Virus record (IMG/VR): IMGVR_UViG_3300025924_000017
Span: 161,612 to 225,611 of that record
Length of the DNA: 64,000 bases
Source: a virus
Lineage: Duplodnaviria; Caudoviricetes
Reading direction: 5' to 3' (one strand)
Position 1 is the first letter of the stretch; each line of letters begins with the position of its first letter. The position numbers and the translations under genes are program-made. The notes under the pieces were generated by a model. That model was given only the letters and a program-made list of their open reading frames with translations. It did not search any database and was not told where the DNA came from. Shown here piece by piece: positions 1 through 6,005 of the stretch.

Positions 1-131
1 CGCAAGAAGCCCGGCATGTTCAAACTTCCCGACCGTTGGATGGCGAAAATCCAGATGATCGTCGGCGAGCCGATGAATCCGCTCACCGCCAACCAGTTGC
101 GCGACCGTGTTGTGGCGCTGACGGAAGAAGC

Positions 132-521
132 ATGACACCCGAAGAATTCTACGACGCCGTCGCCGCTATCTTCGACACGGTTCATCTTTACGTCATCCCG
201 CCGACGCCCGGCGCGAAGCGTCGATGGGGTCCTCGAACGCCCGGCAACGGTCGCTTCCCCGGTCACGGGATCGTGCGCTTCTTCTCACCAACTTCGATCC
301 ACGTCGTACTCCATGACCCGATCCTCTCCGGTGTTTTCAACGATCCGGAAATTGCGCTGAGGGAAATCCGCAAAGCCGAAGCGACTCGCAGAGTTCAGCA
401 CTGGTTCAATCGGACTGTGCCCGGCGAGGCTGACGTGAGACGCGTCTGGATCGATGGGTTCGAAATTTCTGAGACCGACTTAACTGAGGCCTTCTTTTCA
501 ACCGACCGGGAAGGAAACTGA
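132..521 (+). CDS. hypothetical phage protein
   Basis: ORF 36..521; ATG at 132 (MTPEEF...) follows a purine-rich stretch and is the more likely start; first of three closely coupled ORFs. Confidence 0.6.
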   Translation: MTPEEFYDAVAAIFDTVHLYVIPPTPGAKRRWGPRTPGNGRFPGHGIVRFFSPTSIHVVLHDPILSGVFNDPEIALREIRKAEATRRVQHWFNRTVPGEADVRRVWIDGFEISETDLTEAFFSTDREGN

Positions 522-522
522 C

Positions 523-798
523 ATGACGGAACTACCCCTATCCTTTGAAGAGGCTCTTGAAGACGCCTTCGGGTTCGCCGCAGAAGATGCGCGAGAGAGC
601 GGCGAACCAGCCACCGTCGTGTATTGTATGCGGTCGCGCACAGGTACTTGCGAAGAACCGCCAATTTCCCCGGGCTCGGGAGACAGACCGATTTCCAACG
701 GCGCATGTCCGCACGGCGCTGACGGTACGTGCCCGTATCTCCGCAAGATCATCTACCACCCCAACGGCACAATCGAACACGTAGGAGGCTCCGCCTAA
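523..798 (+). CDS. hypothetical protein, Cys-containing
   Basis: 91-aa ORF starting 1 nt after the upstream stop, with GGAAGG SD-like sequence. Confidence 0.6.
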   Translation: MTELPLSFEEALEDAFGFAAEDARESGEPATVVYCMRSRTGTCEEPPISPGSGDRPISNGACPHGADGTCPYLRKIIYHPNGTIEHVGGSA

Positions 799-1082
799 TG
801 GAAAACGAGAAAGTCGAATACATGGAAGACGACGAAGAAGACGTCGAAGAACGTTCAGTATACGACATCGCCAATGACCTTGAGAAATGGGCCAAGGGCG
901 GTGGAACGCTTGCACTTGCCGGTCGGAGACGAGGCGCGATCTCCAACGCTCTCTACACATTGAGCGAAGGTAATAAGTTCGAGGAAGGCAGCGTCAGCGT
1001 CAACAGTGCATTGCTGATCCACAGCGTCATCGAGAAAATCTTGAAGAACGGCGGCGAGTTGCCGGACGAATTCAATCTGTAG
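798..1082 (+). CDS. hypothetical acidic protein
   Basis: ATG at 798 overlaps the upstream TAA (TAATG); SD GGAGG at about 784-788. Confidence 0.6.
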   Translation: MENEKVEYMEDDEEDVEERSVYDIANDLEKWAKGGGTLALAGRRRGAISNALYTLSEGNKFEEGSVSVNSALLIHSVIEKILKNGGELPDEFNL

Positions 1083-1097
1083 ACATGGAAGACGAAC

Positions 1098-1277
1098 ATG
1101 CTGAAAGTCGCTGACAACAGCTTCGAACTCGCCTGCCGCGCCTATGCGGCCGGGGAGATCGATGTAGCCGAGTTGACGAGGCTCGCGCGCGAACGGGCGC
1201 AGCGGCGGATCGCCAATATGCAGGCTCGGCTTGAGGAACGGATGCGGGCGAAAGGGCTATCTGGCGACCGCAGGTAA
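1098..1277 (+). CDS. small hypothetical protein (59 aa, MLKVADNSF...)
   Basis: Open frame read by hand from ATG 1098 to TAA 1277; below the ORF-track cutoff. Confidence 0.45.
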   Translation: MLKVADNSFELACRAYAAGEIDVAELTRLARERAQRRIANMQARLEERMRAKGLSGDRR

Positions 1278-1374
1278 CGACCACCGCCGGGAGGCGGGTG
1301 GGAGTGGTGTCGTCGATCCGGACACAATGTCGTAGTTCTTGACAGACGATCCGGTTTCTGCTTCTATCCTCTCG

Positions 1375-1585
1375 TCCCCGCGCCGTCACGCGCGGATTAT
1401 CACCCCTCGGCGGACTGCCCACAAATTCTGGGGCGCCTGCGATGATCGCCGAGCAATTTGTTTCCTGCTGGACACGTTCGCCTGCGCAGCGACCCCAGCC
1501 GGTTTGTGTTTGATCGCGGCTTCGAATTGCGATCTCAGTCTGGAAGGCCCGAGGCGTTTTAGTTGCCGCCTCGGGCCTTCCTATT
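1375..1585 (+). ncRNA. candidate structured small RNA or leader ending in a perfect 15-bp hairpin
   Basis: TTGACA at 1339; helices CTCGGCG/CGCCGAG, CTGGGG/CCCCAG, GATCGC/GCGATC; perfect stem GGAAGGCCCGAGGCG (1542-1556) / CGCCTCGGGCCTTCC (1567-1581) followed by TATTT. Confidence 0.35.
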
Positions 1586-1608
1586 TATGGAGGCTGCTGC
1601 CTTCACAT

Positions 1609-1683
1609 GGCGACATGCTCAGAGTGGTTATGGACCGGTCTGCAAAATCGGGTATGTGAGTTCGATCCTCACTGTCGCCTCCA
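1609..1683 (+). tRNA. tRNA-Cys(GCA)
   Basis: Acceptor GGCGACA/TGTCGCC, discriminator U, encoded CCA; anticodon arm CCGGT-CTGCAAA-ATCGG; T arm GTGAG-TTCGATC-CTCAC. Confidence 0.93.
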
Positions 1684-1685
1684 AA

Positions 1686-1754
1686 TTCAGATAGGGCACG
1701 TAGCGGCGGGATTACGAACCCCGGAATAGGGTGGGAGCGAGTCTCACATCTGCT
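1686..1754 (+). pseudogene. degenerate tRNA-like element, Arg(ACG)-type anticodon loop
   Basis: CAGAT/ATCTG partial acceptor, CGGG-A-TTACGAA-C-CCCG anticodon arm, GTGGG-AGCGAGT-CTCAC T-like arm; no TTC, no CCA, poor D arm. Confidence 0.4.
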
Positions 1755-1756
1755 GC

Positions 1757-2209
1757 GTGACCCTTCCAGTTGCACAACCCTTGACGGAAATCGATTTCGC
1801 ATACATCGCTGGTATGATCGACGGTGAGGGCACTATTACGCTCACACGTACCCATCCAAACCAGTTCCGGACACCCGTGCTCAGCCTTAGTAGTACGACG
1901 CCAGAATTGCTGCTTCCCGCACAAGAAGCGTTTGGCGGGCGCGTGCAGACCAAGAAAGCGTCTAAGGCACATCATGCGATCCCTTATGAATGGAGATTGC
2001 GTGGTCATGCGGCCTTGCGAGCAATTGAGAGGCTGTTGCCATATCTAAGGCACCCGGAAAAAGCGAGGCGCGCTAAGCTACTCCTCGGCAACTATAACCG
2101 CGTGACGGTGCGCAACGGGAAATATACCGAAAGTCAACGCCACCAACGGCTGCTGTTCGAGAGCGAATTTCTTGGAGCGCCGGTGCAAATATGTGTTGAC
2201 AAAACATAA
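1757..2209 (+). CDS. free-standing single-motif LAGLIDADG homing endonuclease
   Basis: N-terminal helix motif FAYIAGMIDGEGTI; 150 aa; family-typical YEWRL and LLPYLR.K segments. Confidence 0.85.
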   Translation: MTLPVAQPLTEIDFAYIAGMIDGEGTITLTRTHPNQFRTPVLSLSSTTPELLLPAQEAFGGRVQTKKASKAHHAIPYEWRLRGHAALRAIERLLPYLRHPEKARRAKLLLGNYNRVTVRNGKYTESQRHQRLLFESEFLGAPVQICVDKT

Positions 2210-2224
2210 TACTGCCGTTATACA
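2196..2224 (+). promoter_or_regulatory. sigma70-type promoter for tmRNA / RNA operon
   Basis: TTGACA (2196-2201), 17-nt spacer, TATACA (2219-2224); embedded in the last codons of the LAGLIDADG ORF. Confidence 0.8.
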
Positions 2225-2230
2225 CGACAA

Positions 2231-2590
2231 CATCGTTGTAACTCGGACTTCGAGGAGCACGGACCGGACTCGGGGGCAGTACCCGACCGCTCCACCAAAA
2301 CCCCACCGGGGGTCTAACGCACGAACGGATCGGATAGACCCCGGCCCGTCTGACACAGTTCGGCCGCAATGCCGGATTGGGCGTCCCGGTGAGGTTTTGA
2401 TGGGGCGGAAACAGGATCGACGGACGAGCGAGGCGCAGGGACGCAACGTGGATTGATCTCCAGTCCCTAACGGGATGCTCGATCAAAAAGACAGAAATGT
2501 CGCCAATGACAATGAGCCTGAGGCTCTGCGTTTCGCTGCCTAATAGGTAAGCGCGGTTGGGGAGAACCGGGCAACAGAATCTCCCCGCTT
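2231..2590 (+). ncRNA. ssrA: circularly permuted (two-piece) tmRNA, alphaproteobacterial type; tag ANDNEPEALRFAA
   Basis: Acceptor piece ends with T arm CGGG-GGCAGTA-CCCG and CCGCTCC-A-CCA at 2297; about 104-nt intervening segment; coding piece starts GGGGCGG at 2402 (pairs with CCGCTCC, giving G3.U70); tag frame GCC AAT GAC AAT...GCT GCC TAA at 2502-2543; CCGGGCAACAGAA near the 3' end. Confidence 0.93.
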
Positions 2591-2721
2591 AATTCCCGGA
2601 GACGGGATAACGACTATCTCGCCTGCGGGCGAGGGATGGCGGCAAGTTAGATTCGTGGTTGATCCACGAACAGGTGCCTAAGTCAGGCGTCCGGGAGAAC
2701 GCGACAAAGGAATCTCCCGAC

Positions 2722-2737
2722 TGCTCTTTGACAATTT
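2722..2737 (+). promoter_or_regulatory. rrn-type boxA antitermination element
   Basis: TGCTCTTTGACAATTT is one substitution from the E. coli rrn boxA region TGCTCTTTAACAATTT; lies just before the giant RNA. Confidence 0.7.
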
Positions 2738-2745
2738 GGATCGAA

Positions 2746-3960
2746 TGACACTGACGCCTGCCTTTGGCTTTGATCGTTGCAACGTGAAAAGCTGGTGAAT
2801 TGGCGGACAATGGATTTGGTAGGGACTGACGATAGCGGCGAACCGCGCATAGTGGCGTTGTAACAATAGGGACCGATCCTGATCACACTCCGGTTCAAGT
2901 CCGGTACCGGTGAGCCGAAGTCAGGCGCCAGTGTCATGAGAACCTTCATAGGCGCATCACTCCACCGTAAGGCACGCCAAGGCCGGTCGGTGCAGAAGAC
3001 GAGGGCTAGGGGCCTTGGCGGGCTCCGAAACAACGGGCCGGGCTTGTAACCCGGCAGTGGGACTAAGCCCCTCCCGGGCGGCGTGGGCCGTCTAACGTTG
3101 TAGTCGTGGTGTGTCTATGAAGGTTCTGAAACAGATAGGCCGATACAAGGGCTGTAAGACCTCACGAGGCATGCAGGCGTAGCGGCTACCATTGTGCCAC
3201 GGGATAAAACGCACCGTCGTCATGACACGGGAGCGCCGGGGTGAGCCGAGCGGGGAGCAGCTTGGGAACAGAATGCTCCAAGAATTTTGGCGGTTCGACT
3301 AAGGAAGTCGGCTCGATGATAGGTAGCACCCTTCGAGACAATCCGGTGTCAACTCCGGCCCGTCAGCCCAGTCAGTGTCGCCATTGCAGACGGCGTGACA
3401 CATTCCAAAACTAAATTGTCTGCAAGGCGTGTTTCTCGAAGCGCGAGTGCGGGGAGAGATGTAGCGATGAGCACCGGAAGAAGGCCAACTCCAATCCGGC
3501 GCGACTGCGCAAACATGCGGTTGACTCTGAGCCGATAGTTGGTCTGTTGGCTCACAGACGCAGTCGAGAAGTCAACCGGCAGACCGGCCGTTGCGTTAGG
3601 TCACGAATTCCCGAAAGGGATAGCTGCGACGTCGAAAGACGCTAATGAGCAGGAAGGCCGTAACTCCTGTGCAGCGCAAACGGTCGCGAAATTCATAGCA
3701 GGGTCAACCCGACGAAGCTGAACGCGTCAGTGGAGGGTCGAAGCTAGGGCACGAGGACGACTCAAATCGTGTCTCTCTAGGGGTCAGGTAGATAATAGAC
3801 CGTGCGGTGCGGTCTCCGATCCCAGCCGTTTGAATTCTCGGGGCGCATCAGAACGTCGAGCCCCATGCGAGACTTAAAGACGTGACGTTGGGAGAGGCCC
3901 ATCCAGATTTGAGTTTGAGGACTCGGCGCGACCTTCACGGGTGCAAATCCCGATGGGTCC
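2746..3960 (+). ncRNA. giant ornate structured ncRNA candidate (~1.2 kb; GOLLD-like or new class)
   Basis: No credible ORF. Nested long helices with G.U pairs: 2746-2760/2922-2936, a 22-bp helix 2939-2960/3106-3127, 3243-3249/3308-3314, 3518-3526/3570-3578, 3896-3903/3952-3959. GNRA hairpins TCCC-GAAA-GGGA and CGTC-GAAA-GACG; T-loop-like hairpins at 2890-2904, 3343-3358 and 3938-3952. Confidence 0.75.
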
Positions 3961-3966
3961 TCATTA

Positions 3967-4217
3967 GAGAGCTTTGGTTCGACCAATATCGGTGATCGAC
4001 GCAGGCGCAACGCCAATAAGGCGACCTGTACTAATCCGGAATAAGCTCTCGCCAGTTTTGAGTGTCACGACCCGTATCCCTACATTGGTCAAGATCGTGA
4101 CGCGATAGTCTGTGGCAACCTGTGCCCGCGAGGGTGGCGTATCCAATCGCCTTAATGGCTAGACCACTGAGCGGTGTGGGCAAAGCAGCGAGATGGTGCA
4201 AGGCCATCGACAGAATT
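3967..4217 (+). ncRNA. further structured non-coding element(s)
   Basis: GAGAGCTT (3967-3974) / AAGCTCTC (4043-4050) closes a multiloop; GTCACGA/TCGTGAC; TGCCC/GGGCA enclosing CCC-GCGA-GGG; terminal hairpin GATGG-TGCAAGG-CCATC. Confidence 0.45.
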
Positions 4218-4553
4218 TAAGGACGTGTATGGACCTCAAGACTCTTCAGGACGAAGTTAGCAAGCGCTGGGCGCGTCAGGTTGGCAACCCGTGTCACAAT
4301 TCGGCGGGAGCCAATCACGCTCTCGTCCACATGATGAAGGCCCTTGGTAAGGTCGCTTCTGCACTCAACGATGCCGAACATGAAGGCCGTGGTGTGCAAG
4401 CGAACGAAGTCGAAAATTACCTCGCCGATCTGGTGATCTGCGCAGCGCGATTTTCCGATGGTGTCGTCGATCTCGGCGCTGCATGCGCTGCTCGACTTGA
4501 GGAGAAATTTCCGATCTAATCGGACGTGATGGTGCAAGGCCATCGACAGAATT
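4192..4553 (+). repeat. 26-bp exact direct repeat flanking the MazG-like ORF (4192-4217 and 4528-4553)
   Basis: GATGGTGCAAGGCCATCGACAGAATT occurs twice, immediately before and after ORF 4229..4519. Confidence 0.95.
4229..4519 (+). CDS. MazG-like all-alpha NTP pyrophosphohydrolase fold protein (degenerate motif)
   Basis: MDLKTLQ start, EVENYLADLVIC segment resembling the E-x-x-D helix, C-terminal RLEEKF; first acidic helix replaced by KALGKV; SD AAGGA. Confidence 0.6.
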   Translation: MDLKTLQDEVSKRWARQVGNPCHNSAGANHALVHMMKALGKVASALNDAEHEGRGVQANEVENYLADLVICAARFSDGVVDLGAACAARLEEKFPI

Positions 4554-4555
4554 AA

Positions 4556-4635
4556 AGCGGGGTAGAGGAGCCCGGTCGTCCTCGCCAGCCTCATAAGCTG
4601 GAAATCGTGTGGTTCGAATCCCACCTCCGCAACCA
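4556..4635 (+). tRNA. tRNA-Met(CAT), initiator-like
   Basis: AGCGGGG/CTCCGCA with 1:72 mismatch, D stem GAGG/CCTC (A11:U24), anticodon arm CCAGC-CTCATAA-GCTGG, TTCGAAT loop, ACCA end. Confidence 0.9.
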
Positions 4636-4640
4636 GTTAG

Positions 4641-4835
4641 GGAGTGTCCCGGTTCGATTCCGGGGTGGCGCGGAAGTACCGCCCATTAGGCTTAGTGGTA
4701 GAGTCTTCTCCCGCGAAAAAAGCGGAAACGGGCGGTTCGACTCCGCTCCCTGCATTATGTCGGTGAAGCTGACCGGCAGCCGAGGGTCGCTCCCACGGTG
4801 AAACCCGCAGGTCGTCTAAAGGTCAGGACGCCGCT
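4641..4835 (+). pseudogene. cluster of tRNA remnants (isolated T arms and D arms)
   Basis: CCCGG-TTCGATT-CCGGG (4648-4664); GCTT-AGTGGTA-GAGT D arm plus GCGG-TTCGACT-CCGC T arm (about 4690-4746); GTCGTCTAAAGGTCAGGAC D-arm-like stretch; no complete cloverleaf. Confidence 0.55.
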
Positions 4836-4846
4836 GGACTTATTGA

Positions 4847-4923
4847 TGTGCTTTAGCTCAGTCAGACAGAGCGCCGGATTCATATCCCGGAGGTCGCCGG
4901 GGCGGAACCGGCAAGCACTACCA
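4847..4923 (+). tRNA. atypical tRNA with CAT anticodon (Met or Ile2), non-canonical T loop
   Basis: TGTGCTT/AAGCACT-A-CCA, D arm GCTC...GAGC, CCGGA-TTCATAT-CCCGG, T arm GCCGG-GGCGGAA-CCGGC lacking TTC. Confidence 0.65.
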
Positions 4924-5149
4924 ACACCTGTCCCAATGTAGAGTTTCATTGAAAATGCCGCTGGTTTCATAGCGGTGACTTTCGCTTTTGCTACCTCGGC
5001 CAAAGCCGAATCGCTCCATTACGGCTCCTCTGAGCCTTCGATTCGGAAGTCGCCGACACACACGCAGGCTGTTGATGGAAATCGACAACGGTCGCCCGTG
5101 CGATTGCAGTCGGCCCGAGCGCCTTACACCTCCAGCATTGGAGGTAAGC

Positions 5150-5461
5150 ATGTCCGACATTGTCGTCAGGGCTTTGATCAAGCGCCGCGCGAAACTCGCC
5201 CACGAGATCGAGGAAACCCACGAGCGCCTGCGTCAGATGGCGCTCGATTTGGTGAACCTCGACGCGACCCTGCTCCAATTTGATCCAAAATTGGAAATCG
5301 AGACGATCCGGCCCCGCGCCTTCCGTCCGCCGATGGATTGGGCCAAGCGTGGCGGGATGATGCGGTTAATTTACGGCGTCTTGCGCCGGGCCGTCGAACC
5401 GCTCACCAACGCCGGACCGAAGGGCGCGCCAGATCGGAGAGCACGATCAGAGGGTGTGTAG
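5150..5461 (+). pseudogene. truncated or internally deleted copy of a common alphaproteobacterial mobile-region hypothetical gene
   Basis: SD GGAGG and ATG at 5150; ALIKRRAKLAHEI...LDATLLQFDP...RGGMMRLIYGVLRR..EPLT resembles a widespread family, then loses similarity abruptly and stops. Confidence 0.45.
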
Positions 5462-5583
5462 GCACAACCGATAGCCCACTACCGGTGGAAGTCCGGCTCA
5501 TCGCCTACGAGGCGATTGGGGCGCCCTGCGGGGCGCTCCTCAAACACCCTTGACAGACTGCCGCCAAACATGACATTCAGAAC

Positions 5584-5610
5584 GCCCGGTTTAACCAAAC
5601 CGGGCATTTT
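5584..5610 (+). terminator. perfect 9-bp hairpin with T-tract upstream of xis
   Basis: GCCCGGTTT-AACC-AAACCGGGC followed by ATTTT; between TTGACA motifs at about 5549 and 5624. Confidence 0.5.
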
Positions 5611-5633
5611 GCGTTTGGGAGTGTTGACAAAAA

Positions 5634-6005
5634 GTGGTCGGACAGGCTCAATTCTTCACCGAAGATGAGGCGGCAGCGTTTTTGAAGATGACGCCGCGCA
5701 TGCTCGCGGAACGGCGTCGCGCCGGGAAGATCGGGCATCATAAAGAAGGCCGATACGTTTCCTACAATCTCGACGATCTGTTGGCTTACAGCGCGCGCAT
5801 CCGGGAGAATGGAACTTGTCAAGAAGTCGGAAAAGCACCGTCGCTCGGATTGGGCAGCACGGCCCATACTGGCTCAGCAAGCGCACCGGCTCAGCCAATT
5901 GGCACCTCACGTACTACGACGAACAAAGGCGGAAGACCGTCCAAGAGAGCCTTGGCACAACGGACACAGCAGCCGCAGAAGCCCAAGTTGTTGCCCATTA
6001 TCTAG
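5634..6005 (+). CDS. excisionase-like helix-turn-helix protein (MerR/HTH_17 type)
   Basis: FTEDEAAAFLKMTPRMLAERRRAGKI...GRYVSYNLDDL; directly upstream of and overlapping the integrase. Confidence 0.75.
   Translation: MVGQAQFFTEDEAAAFLKMTPRMLAERRRAGKIGHHKEGRYVSYNLDDLLAYSARIRENGTCQEVGKAPSLGLGSTAHTGSASAPAQPIGTSRTTTNKGGRPSKRALAQRTQQPQKPKLLPII

Noticed and set aside
1686-2230. Group I intron in a tRNA carrying the LAGLIDADG ORF
   Set aside because: No recognisable P7/R/S core and no 3' tRNA exon after the ORF; the tRNA-like element is complete upstream, and the ORF runs straight into the tmRNA promoter.
2746-3960. rRNA fragment, RNase P RNA or group II intron as the identity of the giant RNA
   Set aside because: No universal 16S/23S signatures, no GAGGAAAGTCC / AGAACCCGGCTTA P4 strands, no GTGCG 5' end or domain V, and no maturase nearby.
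2589-4146. Short ORFs called in the RNA island (e.g. 2683..3033, 3349..3555, 3777..4016)
   Set aside because: No SD, atypical composition and no motifs; they overlap extensive base-paired structure that is better explained as ncRNA.
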